Positions 44,881-58,017 are shown, counted from the stretch's first letter. The stretch: DNA of 64,000 nucleotides from the human T2T-CHM13v2.0 reference genome, Homo sapiens (GCF_009914755.1 NC_060925.1); one strand, 5' to 3'. The notes: generated from the letters alone by a model not told the origin. Made by a program: numbers and translations.

Positions 44881-45283
44881 TCAAGGAGAGCTAACACAGG
44901 AGCCCTTTGCCTCACCTCCTGTGCCCTGGTGCCAGGCTGGCATGACATGCCTTCCTCTAGGTGCCTTGGGAACCCAGCCTGAGTTCAGCTTTATGAGGAA
45001 GATAGGACAGCCCAGGTCTTGCCAATTCACAGGAACTTTTGCCACTTTTAGCCCATTTAAGGCTGACAGAGATTGGTCTAGAATCAGGAAAAGTTGAATT
45101 CAAGTACAGCAGGGTGGGCTTGACCCAGTCACAGGACCTCCAGTGACATCATTGGATCATTGGATTTTGCAAGATAGTGAACGTCAGGGAGTCCCACAGT
45201 GGCACCATGAGGAGTCAGCCCACAGTCAATTCCTCCTCTCACTTTCTCTTTCTCAGATCTTTGCAGACAAAGTATCCCGTTCA

Positions 45284-45676
<393 letters not shown>

Positions 45677-48149
45677 CTACACTATGCCTGGCCACCCCAG
45701 CTCAGCCAACACGTGACTCTTTCTCCATGCTCATCCTTCATGTTTCTTCATCATTACCCAGAGCTCCCAGACCTAACAGCTTGCTCCTAGTGGCACGCAG
45801 GCATTCAGAGACTCAGAAATTATACTCTGAGCCAATTGGGCCATGTTATGTTCCTTGTGCTCATATGGAGCATACACTGAAGGAAGTAGAAGCAGAGAAT
45901 ATCAGAGCCAGAGGGACCCTAGGAGCCATCAGTGTTCACTTCTCTTCTCTCCTGATGGGGAAACTGAGGCCCAGACAGCTGAACCATGGTAGGAGTCCTT
46001 TTCCTGACTCCCCCTCCCATGCTCTTCCTACACCCGAGCTGCCTTCCCGGCTCCTTTATGAAGCACTAGACTGCCCTGGCCTGTGGGGTTGGGGAGAAGG
46101 AAAATCAATAGAGACAGTAATGGGCCAGGCTCTATCTGACCTTTGAGGAGTCCAGTAGGAGAGGGTTGTGTCTCTCCCTTCAGCCAAATCAGCATTCAGA
46201 GGGGACTTGGCAGGGAATCAGCCTCCCAGCCGTGCCGCCTGAGTCATGAAGCATGGTGCTGCCTTGGTGATCATGCTTGGGAACAGGGATTGACCAACAT
46301 GCTGAGCAGGTGTGCAGGTGGTGAGGTGGGGCCCAGGGTACTTGTCTGTCTGCTCTGAGAGTGCCAGGTTGCAGGCCAGCCCTGGGGTGGTGGGGGCTCT
46401 TTCTCCTGCCAGGTTCCACCTCTTCTCCATATACCACCTCCCCTCCCTTTTTCCCTCCTCCTCCAGCTTTCTGCTCTCCGTGACTCCCCTCTCCCTCCCC
46501 CACTGATCCCTCACTCTTCTTTCCTACCGCTCCCAGTCTGGGCTGTCCAGGTCATATGGAATCGAGTTTAGGAGCCGCTGTCCTTCGGGGATTCCTCTGA
46601 TGCTCTTCAGCGAGGTCAGCTCCTTTCTCCTGGGTGCTGGCTGTGCACTGGCCTCTGCCTCCTCTGTTGTCTGAATGAGGAGCTCCAGGTGCTGCAGGCT
46701 GTACTCCGTTCCCCAGTGCAGTGGGGGGCTCTCTGAGTCCCTGGGCAGAGCAGGGATGGGGAGGGGAGGGTGACGGGGAGCCTTCAGGAGTTGAAGCTAA
46801 CGGAAGGAGTGGGAGCGGGACAACGTGGTGATCTGGGAGGGAAGTGGGCCAGATGGGACTGTGGTCAGGCCCTGGCCAGTGGGTAAGTGTGAAGAATGGA
46901 GGCACTGGGTAATGCAGCTCCTGGGCACAGTGGGCACCCTGTGCTTGTGCGTGGGGGGAGGAGTGGGAGGCAGACTCCCATAGGCAGTCAGAACCCGGGC
47001 CTCTGGCTCAGGGCTCTGTCCATTCCCACCAGCTCTGGGATCCCCAGGGCTGGCTCCATGGTGTGGATCCACCTAGCCCTCATCTTTGGAACTGTCCTAT
47101 AGCCCCTCATCAGCCCCCTGCCTGGGAGAGGGAGGAGAGAGCTTGGTCAGTCTGTTCATGCTGCCGTTGGCATTTCCGGAACAAGCTGTGCAGGTGTCTG
47201 TGTCCCCTGGCGTCAGTTCACAGACTCCGCTGTCTCTGCTGAGGGAGAGTAGAGAGCCACCGGCTGTACCCTCAGCACTAACTGTGGCCCCATGCGCGGT
47301 TCAGTCTGGCTCTGGACGCTTTCTCTCTGGGGTATGTCTCACCACACTTGAGCACACAGCAGGCCTGGCAGGCAGGTGCTGCTCCCGGTGAGATGGTGCA
47401 TGGCCCCTTCTGAGGGCAGAGTGAGCTCATGCCCTGAAACATCTGCAGAGAGGGAGTTAGGGGTCCTCACCCTAGGGGCTGTTTCAGCTGGAAGTTATCC
47501 AGTCTCTTCTAACTTGCTCCATCTGGTGGGCCTGGGAGAGTGAGGGAGGTGAGGGTGGGGGTCGGGGAAAGGAGTGAGAGAGGACTTAGGACCAGAGAGG
47601 GAGAGACCTGCTCAGGGTCATGCCTTTCATGACAGACCCAGGCCCAGAAACCAGGCATCCTGGCCTCACCAGAGAATGTCCTTTGTCTAGTAAATAAACA
47701 AACTAGATAAATGGTGGCAACAGCTAACTGAGCACATGGTGCCCTTGAGGCCATCATGGGAGCCCAGAGGAACCCAGGCTGAAAGAGGAGAGTGGGGGCA
47801 GCACTAGAAAAGGCCAGAGGGACACGTCAGCCCATGGAGAAAAAGTAGCATGTTGATTTTATTACCCTCTCCCTTCCTTTCTTCTAAAAAACCGAATGTA
47901 TTATTCAGGCCCATGGCCTATTTACAGACCTACCCTGGAGTTGTTAGGAGAGTTGAAGGAGATAATGGAATGAAAGTGCTGTGAAAACGTGATAGACTCT
48001 ACAAATGTTAGTCCTTATTATCACTTTATTATCAGGCTTGCATTCCTGACACCTGGGTTTTATAGAGGCTGATAAAATGACAGCACTGGAAGGGATCTCG
48101 CAGGTCACCCAGACCATCCGCTACCTCTCAGCCAGGGTTGGGTGGGGTG

Positions 48150-48700
48150 AGAACAGAGTTTTGGAGGGGGATCCTCTTTAAGAAAAAGAACGTAAAGCTA
48201 CAAGCGACATTAATACAGAAATGAAGATTTATTCAGAATGAGAAATCACAGCAAATTATACATTTCAAAAAGCTGAAAGTTGACAACATAGACATCACAA
48301 AAACCCAGAAAAGAATAAAAATATATTTTATAAACTATTATTGATCCTCTGCTGCCACTCATCTACAATGTTTTCATCTTGCATGTTTTGGCTATATGTT
48401 CTCTGATTTCTTCATAGGACAATAATTTTGTATTATCATTTTCTATAGGGAGAAAAAAGGTAATTCTATCTTTCCTGTAAACATGGTTGGCCCTAGTTTG
48501 GTTGGCCCTCGGTAGTTTGAAAACGTGCATCTGTTGGCTTCTTTGCTTGGCATTGGTAATGTCACACCTCAGCCATTCTCTGTTCAGCTATGTGAGCTCC
48601 TGATCAGCCTCCCAGGCCTTTGTCCCTCAATTCCCCCTCAGCTGCGTCAGCTCAGTCACAGCCTTGCCCACATGGGCACTTGCCCCTCACCTGCCTCTGC
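48150..48700. mobile_element. hAT-Tip100 (Zaphod-like) fragment
   Basis: CCTCTTTAAGAAAAAGAA and ATTTATTCAGAATGAGAAA motifs as recalled. Confidence 0.45.
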
Positions 48701-49123
48701 TGCTCCAGTCCTGGGGTAGGGGACAGAGTGGCTATGGGACCTGGTCGTGATGACCTCTGAGTGGGATGCTGAGCAGGGTCTTATTGGCTCTTTCCTCCTG
48801 GAGTTGAAGCGTGTGGAGCCTTGGTGAGTGAGTCCCCCAGAAACACGTGGGAGCCCTGCCATTGAAGGTGGGCTAGCACCTGTAGTCCTAGGACCCTGCT
48901 GGGGAGTGGTGTGTGACATTTGCTGGGGCAATGTGCCCTACTGGGGCCACTGTGGCCTCCCAGCCAGCCCTCAAGTATAATGCATTGAGGCACAGAAAGG
49001 CCAGTTTTGGGTGTGGGGCCATGAGGTGCGGGCTCTGGTGGCCTCATGGTCAGTCCCCCTCTGGTCCTGGGTTAGCATTTCCCAGAGGGGCCTGGGATGC
49101 CCTGTGAGAAGAGGCTCCCTAGT

Positions 49124-49474
49124 TGTCTTAGTTCAGGCTACAAAGTACCATAGACTGGGTGGCTTATAAACAACAGTCATTGATTTCTCACAGCTCTGGT
49201 GGCTGGAACTCCAAGCTGGAGTGCCAGCACCACTGATTTCTGGTGAGGGCTCTCTTCTGGGCTGCAGACAGCTGACTTCTATCCTTGCATGGTGGAAAGA
49301 GAGCAAAGGAGCGCTCTGTTCTCTTCTTAAAAGGTTGGTAATCCCATTCACAAGGGCTCCACCCTCATGACCTAATCACCTCCCAGAGGCCTCACCTCCT
49401 AATGCCCTCATTATGGGGATTAAATCTCAACATATAAATTGGGTGGGGGGGGGCGATACATTCAGTCCATAACA
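49124..49474 (-). mobile_element. MLT1A solo LTR
   Basis: TGTCTTAGT...CATTCAGTCCATAACA. Confidence 0.9.
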
Positions 49475-49835
49475 TGTGGGAGACCCTGTATTACCATTAC
49501 CATGTTAAATACTCTGAGAAGCCCTTCAATGAAGAAACCTGATTGGGTCAATGAAACTTTCTCCCAAAGTTTCCCACAGAACCCTTCTTTCATCCAACAT
49601 GTATTAACATCTCGCACTTAAGAAAACACTGTCATATAGAGACTTCCTGAGAGAGAAGCAAGGGTAATGAAGGTCCCAGACCCCACAGAAGGAGGCCTCA
49701 CAATTGGGTTCCTCCTCGGGATATAAGACACTTTTGTGGCACATCTTTCTCAGTGATGTTACATTCAACTCAGGCTAGAAGGAGCCTCACACTCACTGGA
49801 CACGGGCTCGGATTGGATTTAATTTAACATAACCA

Positions 49836-49978
49836 GGCTGGGCATGGTGGCTCATGCCTGTAATCCCAGCACTTTAGGAGGCCAAGGTGGGAGGACTGCT
49901 TGAGCTCAAGAGTTCAAGACCAGCCTGGGCAATACAGTGAGACCCCATGTCAATTAGAAAAAAAAAGAAGAAGAAGAA
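49836..49978 (+). mobile_element. Alu left monomer (FLAM-like)
   Basis: Monomer; TSD TAATTTAACATAAC at 49820-49833 and 50281-50294 encloses it together with the next Alu. Confidence 0.88.
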
Positions 49979-50280
<302 letters not shown>

Positions 50281-50442
50281 TAATTTAACATAACTTTTCG
50301 AGTTAGTTAAAGAAAACCTAGATAGGCCCACACTAGGAGTGGAGGGAGCTTGGATAAACTCGGGCAAGAGGGGCATCCAAGCATGGAGGACAGGGATACC
50401 GTTCGGAGTTTAGAAAAATTGAAGACAGAAAATCAGAACTTG

Positions 50443-50778
50443 GGCTGGTTGCAGTGGCTCACACTTGTAATCCCAGCACTTTGGGAGGCTGAGGTGGGCG
50501 GATCACTTGAGGCCAAGAGTTCAAGATCGGCCTGGCCAACACGCCAAAACCCTGTCTCTACTAAAAAATACAAAGTTAGCTGGGCATGTTGGAGCATACT
50601 TGTAATCCCCACTACTTGGGAGGCTGAGGTGGGAGAATTGCTTGAACCTGGGAGGCTGAGGTGGGAGAACTGCTTGAACCCGGGAGGCAGAGTTTGCAAT
50701 AAGCCAAGATTGCACCACTGCACTCCAGCCTGGGTGACGGAGGAAGACTCTGTCTCAAAAGAAAAAAAAAAGAAAAAC
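50443..50778 (+). mobile_element. Alu (S/J) with 32-bp internal tandem duplication
   Basis: Full Alu; duplicated unit starts at 50618 and 50650. Confidence 0.92.
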
Positions 50779-51150
50779 AGAAATCACTACCTAAAAACCA
50801 AAGCCTCAGACCTACCGCTGAGAATCTGGATGAGCTGTGCTTTGAGTGGCTGAGCTCCAGTCATAAGGATTAGACCTTCCCAGAGGAAAGATATGCAGGT
50901 ATAGGAGACACACACAGGTTAACCTGTAGCTTTGGGGGTAAAAGGCCCTCCAGGGATTTATATGTGGATAACAGGAAAGGGAAAAGGAAGGACTGGTGCA
51001 GAAATCATGAAAAGCAACTTGACCAGGTGTGAGAAATGGATGATGTGATGGACATCAAGCAGACACCATAGGTCGTTATTTTAGCTCTCTAGAATCTTGC
51101 AGAAAGTATTATTCAGCTCCTGACTTCCCTTAAGAATAACAATTACCCAC

Positions 51151-52201
51151 GGTACATATGCACCTTTGGAAAGATCTGAACAAAATGGGCCTAAAAAATG
51201 GCAGGGGGATAAAATTGGTACATAGGGTACTGGTCAAATAAGTTCTAAAAAGCTTCCTGCTTCCAGCAGAGATGGCCACAGTTCATGTAAATGGCCATTA
51301 GAAAAGAAACACTATAGAAGTTCTAGAGAACAGGCTTGTAGATAAAGCTGCTAAGCAAGGCTCTATGAAGGAAGAGGTTAAACTTTTTAGCCTGATCCCA
51401 GGTATCCCTAAGATGGCATTAAAACCTCAATTTTCTAAGGAGGAGGGGGAAAAACTGGGCAAAATAGGGGCCACTCAAACTAAGGATGGGAGGTGGATGC
51501 TACCTGATGGGAGAGAAATAATAAGCAAACCCATAATAAGAGAATCAATGTCTACACTGCATAAGGGAAGTCATTGGGGTCCCCAGACCATGTATGATGC
51601 AATACTCAAGAATTAGGGGTGTATAGAGATTTATACACTTGCTAAACAAGTGTGCAGGGGTTGTGTAAACTGCCACAGAATGAACAAAAAGGTAGTTAAA
51701 AAACAGACTACCAGAAGAAGACCTCCTGGGTTAAGGCCATTTCAAAGCTTTCCCATATTTAGGCAGGACTACTAACCTTCCTACTGTGGAAACCAAAGAC
51801 TAATTTTTAAGAAATTATATACTGGCCATATCCTCCACCCTGTCATCCCTTAGGTTAAAAGAACTTCTAACTCAAACCCCGCCTCTTAAGTTTACAGCTC
51901 ACCACTTCCAGCCTGGGAACTCCGTGCTAATTGAGACTTGGAAAGAAGACAAGCTCCAGCCATGCTGGGAAGTTTCCTGTCAAGGGCTCCTGATCACTAA
52001 GACAGATGTACGAACAGCTGAATGGGGTAAACACATGTGCATTCATCTCAGAGAGTTAAACCTTTCTTTTGATTCAGCAGTTTGGAAACACTGTTTATCA
52101 AAAAACTGAAAAAAGAACCCCTGGAAGGAAGGGAAAAGGGTAGATGGGAAGTGTATAAATCACCTAAGGAACCTTTAAAGCTAACTCTAAGGAAAACCTA
52201 G
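51151..52201 (+). pseudogene. ERV pol remnant (RNase H C-terminus, integrase HHCC and C-terminus; catalytic core deleted)
   Basis: LHKGSHWGP...CRGCVNC zinc finger; jump from RPFQS to PYLG near 51750; stops. Confidence 0.85.
52036..52096. repeat. Alpha-satellite (ALR) fragment, about 61 bp
   Basis: TGTGCATTCATCTCAGAGAGTTAAACCTTTCTTTTGATTCAGCAGTTTGGAAACACTGTTT matches part of the alphoid monomer. Confidence 0.88.
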
Positions 52202-52209
52202 AAGGAAGC

Positions 52210-53516
52210 TATAAGCAGGCGCCATCATTGGGGGCGAATATATTTACACGAGAGGTAAAAGGAGACCTAAATATTAAATAGGGCCCAGTACTAGGGGTGA
52301 AAAATAGGGAATATCCAGTCAAACTAATAGTCAACATAACTAGAACCTCCACCTCCCAGACCAGACTATAAAGTTCAATGCCTGCCAAGTCTTACATTGT
52401 GGGAATTTAGAAAACCAAAGGCAGCCGTTGCAAGCAAACCAATATCTGTGTCCTGAAACAGGTCGCTGTTAGGGAAAGCCCTGTGCTACTGGAATGAGGT
52501 CTGATGGACCACCCAGTGTCAAGGCTGGGTGAGTCATTCTTCCAAAAACAAACCCTTAAAAAATAAAATACATTTGTATAAGGGCCCTACACCACCTAAC
52601 TGTAGAAATTTAAAATGCAATCTTATATTAATTACCATAAACAACCCGGCTACTCTAGACCAGGAACCTTGGAGGTATGGATTAGGAATAAATATCTCAG
52701 GAAGGGATCCCGCGGGACGGTTAGCTTTTAGGCTAGTCACCAACTCCACTCCGAGCCCACCCAGGGTTACTGTAACTCCCCATCCCACTACTTCCTTTAA
52801 CCCACCAAACAATAACCCTAAAAAAGTAAAAATAATTAAGGTGACTAACTTAAGGCAAACTTTAGAAATTAAGACTGGCTATGGGGATGTAAATGCCTGG
52901 GTTGAATGGGTCAAATTTTCGGTACTAGCTCTTAATAAAAGTGACTGTTTTGCATGCTCTGCTGGGCAGCCTCAGGCACGGGTAGTTCCGTTTCCCCTAG
53001 GAAGGGATACCAGTCCCAAAGGAATGCGTTGTATGTTGGCTCCATACCAGGACAGGGATGCATGGGGAAATAAGATCTACAAAAGTCTATTATTGCTCTT
53101 TCCTGCATTGCGGAGGTCAGATCCTAAAGCAATCCCCTCGTTCTCCATAGGAAATATAAACCACTCCTCTTGTCTCTCTAGGCAGGGGGCAGAGTTCAAC
53201 TCTCAACTTGTACCCACATCTTAAATGTTACTGGTAAGTCAAACAAAGGCAACTACTTGCCTCTTCATATACCCCCGGCTAATGTCTAGTGGTATTGTGG
53301 GAAAAGGAACCTCTGCAACTTGTTACTGCCCAATTGAACCGGGACTTGTGCCTTAGTTTAACTGGCCATTCCATTCGCTTTGGCAAATTCCATAAAATCC
53401 CCGAAAATCCACATGGCCACCAAAGTTGGAGAGATCTAAGAAATTCCTTTAATCCCAACATTTATGTTAACTCAATAGGAGCCACTAAAGGAGTACTTAA
53501 TGAATTTAAGGACTAA
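52210..53516 (+). pseudogene. ERV env remnant (SU and start of TM; most of TM deleted)
   Basis: TGYGDVNAWVEWVKFS...NKSDCFAC...VPFPLG; degenerate IYVNSIGATKGVLNEFK after the cleavage region; upstream stops. Confidence 0.85.
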
Positions 53517-53578
53517 AGGACACAAAAATAAATGTGAAAATGGGACCAGTAGGGGTAAAAAGAAAAAGAGGAGGGAAT

Positions 53579-54186
53579 TGAAGGAAGTAATGTATACAGC
53601 CGTCCATTTCCAAGACAAAGTGCCTTAAATCATCTTAGGGCAGCAAACTACAAAAGAAACTGAAAATACTAGGTCCCTGCTTGAATAGCCAATGCCTGCT
53701 TGTCAGCCTCCCCTTCCCCCCACCACCCCACTTAGTTGCCCTCACCGGAACCAAAAAAGTTTAGTCTAAAATAAAAGTTTACTAGTCTGCAAAATAGCTC
53801 GCTTTGTCTTTTCTTATCAGTCTGTCCAGCTACTTAGGTCATAAGTCAAATACTTGAAGAGCTCATGAGCTAACTAGGATTGCTATGCATTGTGGGCTGC
53901 AACAAAATGCAGCAAGACAACCCTAAAGAAAACACCTAAAGCCCCTGCCTAACAATCAATAGCGACGTCCGTCTGGGAAAATTGTAACCCTGTAGTACTC
54001 AACCTATGAAGAATGGCAGGGAAGGACCTGCACACTAGGGGATAAATTGCTTGTTAAAACTGTGCTGGGTGTGCCTGTGTGTCAAACACCCAATCTTGCA
54101 AAACTGTCGTTACAAGTCTCACTTTGCTGTCCTGTGGGTCTCTAAGTCCATTCTTTGAGTTTGAACAGTTAAGTTTGTTTCTCATA
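53579..54186 (+). mobile_element. ERV 3' LTR (LTR10/LTR76-like)
   Basis: TG start right after the PPT; about 608 bp ending TTTGTTTCTCATA. Confidence 0.8.
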
Positions 54187-54400
54187 GTTTGAATGCTTAT
54201 TTTTGTACTAAATGTTGTATTAGGTATCTTATGTTTGCTGTCTTATTTAATTCTCACAATAAACCTACAAAGCAGTGGTATTCTTTCCATTTCATGGATG
54301 AAGAAACTGAGGTTCACGGAGGCTCAGTAACTAATGCAAGCCAAATGGGTAGTGGATGATGGAGTGGGCTGTGAATTCAGGTTTTCTTGTATCACTTGAC
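54187..54400 (-). mobile_element. MIR, host of the provirus
   Basis: TTTAATTCTCACAA...GATGAAGAAACTGAGG. Confidence 0.8.
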
Positions 54401-54535
54401 CACAGGCTAAATGACAAGGGCTACTCTGGGGCCAATGACAGCTCCTAAGACCCAGAACACATGCATGCCTGTCAGGGCAGAGAAATTGAGTCTGTTTGGA
54501 AGCCAACTTAAGCCTTAGGAATATAGCCTTTAGAG

Positions 54536-55022
54536 CAAACGGTTTTAACCCAGGTCAGCAGATGGAATTCATGGGATCTATGAACTTGGACAAGAAACAC
54601 TTCCGCGTCATTTTCACTAACTTTTCACTGAATTTAGCACCTCTCTCACCTATCACGTAGGCAATAAATCAGTGTTGGCCAGACCTGTAACTCTGTCATT
54701 AAAAGAAACTACAGATATTTGCATTTCACGTTACAGTGTTTACCAATATCTCAAAATATTGCTTATGCAATTTGTCATGACTTTGCATTTATAGTAATTA
54801 GACCTGCAGCAGACCTTGTTGTTTGTTACTCACAGAATATATATATATATATATATATATAATTATGTTATGAATTAGTTTTCAAAAGTGTTTTGATAAC
54901 TGTGGTTTAATATAATTTATTGGTCTTATTTTGTGCACTTAAAAATATTCTTCTGGAAAAGCCTCCATATGCCCCACCAGACTGTCAGAGGACTCCAGAT
55001 ACAGAACGGTCTCGATGCCCTG
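54536..55022 (+). mobile_element. MER113-like hAT-Charlie element with internal (TA)n
   Basis: TGAACTTGGA...TTTTCACTAAC...CAGATATTT...ATATCTCAAAATATTG. Confidence 0.75.
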
Positions 55023-55116
55023 ACTCAGCAAGAGTGACTGAGTCAAATCCTGACTGTCTCATATACCAGCTGGAGGACATTAAGTTCTGTAGCCTGGTGG
55101 GATGTCTCTCCTAAAT

Positions 55117-55395
55117 CAGGGTTTCTCAGCCTTGGCCCTGTTGATGTTAGGGCTGCATAATTCTTTGCTGGGGATGGTATGGGGGTGAATGGGGGCTAGC
55201 TCGTGCACTGTGGGATGTGTGACATTCCTGGCCTTGACCCACAAGATGCAATAGTACCCCACCCCCCAGTATATTCCTGGCCTTGACCCACAAGATGCAA
55301 TAGTACCTCACCCCCCGGTTGTGACAACCCAAAATGCCTCCTCTAGACATTGTCTCATGCCCCTGTGGGCAAGATGGCCCAGTTGAGAACTGCTG
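55117..55395 (+). mobile_element. MER20 with 49-bp internal duplication
   Basis: CAGGGTTTCTCA...TTGAGAACTGCTG ends; GTTGTGACAACC. Confidence 0.88.
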
Positions 55396-55914
55396 TGCTA
55401 GATGTGCAATGTGATATTAGAGGATTCTTGGGAGTACACTGCGATCATGCCTCAATGCCTGAGTGCTCCATGTGGCGCTCTATCCTGTTTTTGTTAGGAC
55501 ACCAGATTTCAGTAAGTTCAGGGTCAAGAGGGACTGGTCTCTCAGCCTGAGGGTCCACAAGGAAGTCCCTCTGGAGGGTTGGCAGCCTGCACTGGGGTGA
55601 TTCCAACTGGGAGTCCAGGGGAGCCCAGTCCTGGCGAGCTGATGATGGGATGGAGAAGAACAGTGACTCATGGGTGCCTACGGGTGCCCCGGACCTGAAA
55701 GATAGACAGCAGGGGCTAACCCCAGATAGGCAGGAGTGTAGAAAATGCCTTCTCCAACCTCAGGGGATTCTTGGTTCTTTTAAAGCCAGAAGAATGAGGA
55801 TGGCAGGGCCACAAGCTGCCCTAAAGGATGATGCAGTGCTGCAGGAGATTAAGAGGAAGGGGGCATTTTTAAATTCTTTTGGAGTACTGAAGGGGAAATA
55901 ACAGAATGGTGAGA

Positions 55915-56160
55915 GAAGCTACTGGTTTTGAGTGTTGACACCATGCCAGGTGCTGTTCTAAGCAGCCTATGTCAACATGGTACTTAATTCTTACAGCTAA
56001 CTAGGAGGTAGATGCTGTCAATGTCCTCATTTGGCAAGGCTCTGAGGCTTAAATGTCCACTGTCTTGCCTGACTTTCCTTCTGTAAATGACAGAACTGAA
56101 ATGTAAGCCCAGATGTGTCTAATTTCAGTGCCCATGAGTTAAATCAATAGGTAGCACTGC
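55915..56160 (-). mobile_element. MIR
   Basis: ATGCCAGGTGCTGTTCTAAG...CTGAGGCTTA. Confidence 0.7.
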
Positions 56161-56991
56161 CCAAATGCCATTCCAGATACCCAGAAAACCCAAAGCTGAT
56201 ACTGCTAAACAAAGGTTAGGGGCCCGTGAGAAACTACAGAGGTCAGAGCACTCCTAAGAGACTGAAGGGGCTCATCTGGGACAGTGTTTGACAAAAATGC
56301 AGGAGAAGGCGGGCCTTCTGTGGACCTCCTGTGACCTATGGACTTGGGAATTCCTTGCCTTGTGAATTCCATGCCGATGTTAGACAAGCATCTGGATCAA
56401 TTACTAAACCTACGTCTCGTCAGCCCTTAGATGCCAAATGTGTGGTTGATAAGAATCATTGTCATTTTTTGACTTTTTAATAATAGCCATTCTGACTGGT
56501 ATGAGATTGGGTATTTTTATTCTAAATAAATATTCTTTTTTATAACAACAACAAACAAATCACTGTAAGATCATAAGTTAACAAAGAACAAATCATGCCA
56601 GACAAACTTCGTTCTTCTTTATGGCTCTGCTCTCCTGATGGCTTGGTGGGAGGTGGGGGTGGAGGGGAATCTGCAGATGGCTTTCCATAGAGCATCTGCT
56701 CCCAGCTCTCATGAAATCCGTGAGGACAGATTTGGAAACATGAGCTAGACAATACCAGGGCAGGCTGCTTTCTGGTGGGTTAAAGACCTGTGCTCCAAGG
56801 GAACTGATTAGCCAATATGGGCTTAGAGGAATTCTCAGTGGCAAACTGGAGATGATTCAACAATCAGAATGAAAAATGTCACCGTGACATACTTGTGGAG
56901 AAAAGCAAACAGCACCAAGCAAGTAGATTTTCACTATATCTGAGATACCAGGGAGGGGAGCCAGTATTACAAAATTGCCTGGATTTAATGA

Positions 56992-57170
56992 TGATGATAA
57001 TAGGTAACACCTTTAAGTATGTACTCTGTCCCCAGGTGTGGTTCTAAGCATTTTACATAAATTAGTTCCTTTAGCACCTCCCAACAACCCTACAAAGTAG
57101 GTTATATTATTTTCCACATTTTACAGTTGAGGAAACTGAGGCGGAGAATGATTTCATAGTTACCAGATGC
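56992..57170 (-). mobile_element. MIR
   Basis: CATTTTACAGTTGAGGAAACTGAGGC. Confidence 0.82.
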
Positions 57171-57829
57171 CTGAGATTTAGAGTCCCATTTAGCTCTGAG
57201 ATTGTATTGGAAGGTGGGGAAAGAGTGGCTTGTATGTGCACAAAAAGAAGATAATCACGGTGTGCCAAGGGGCTTAGCTGTCCCTTTCTCTGGGAGATTT
57301 TTCTCTACCTCCCAAGTGGGGCTAGCGGCCTCTCCTATGCACTCACAAGGCATCCGGTACATGGCGCTGTCCCTGCCCCTCCCCGAGGTTTATAATTTCC
57401 TATGTGCATGTTTGCCTCCCCTCTAGATTCATTTCATCCCTTTAGGACCCTCAGCTTTGAGCACAGTGGCAACGCTGGGGTTTCCAGAAGTGTTGGTAAG
57501 GGGATTGAAATGAATGTAAAGATTGTAAAGTCTGAAGAAGAGACAGAAGGCCCTGGGGCCAGGGGGCATGCATGTGTGACAAAATCTCAACCAAAGGCCA
57601 CAGGGGATGAGAAGATAGAAGGAAGAAGTTGTCATCCCCTGGAGCATGGTATTGAGGGAACCTGTGGGATGGTCTTTCCCCAAGGCCTCGATGGCCTCGC
57701 GGGGAGAGACCATGGTATAGACTCACTGGCCTCTCATAAGCTTCTCCAGCTCCACAAGCCAAGAAGCCTATGAAGTCTGTGGAGTTTCAAGTGCTGCACA
57801 CTGGGCTGCTCACCTTTTCCTTTTAGAGT

Positions 57830-58017
57830 AAAGAGATCAAGAAGACATGGAGGAAATGTAAAGATATATTGGAAAGTACGTGGTATATAATATTAACTAA
57901 AGTCAATAGTTTACATTAGGCTTGGCTCTTGACTTCAGTTAATATTATATACCACATATTGATTAATCAGTTGTAACAGTTGTACCACACTAGTGCAAGA
58001 TGTTAAAATAAAAAAAG

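Larger units (their letters stand above)
51151..54186 (+). mobile_element. 5'-truncated class I provirus, HERV-I/HERVIP10-like
   Basis: RNase H end, integrase, env SU, polypurine tract AAAAGAAAAAGAGGAGGGAA and 3' LTR in the correct order. Confidence 0.88.

Noticed and set aside
52529-53224. 231-aa env ORF as a domesticated envelope gene
   Set aside because: GTG start just after an in-frame stop, no signal peptide, TM deleted and no 5' LTR.
57402-57773. 123-aa ORF in semi-unique DNA
   Set aside because: No recognisable domain or clear exon structure; starts in L2-like sequence.
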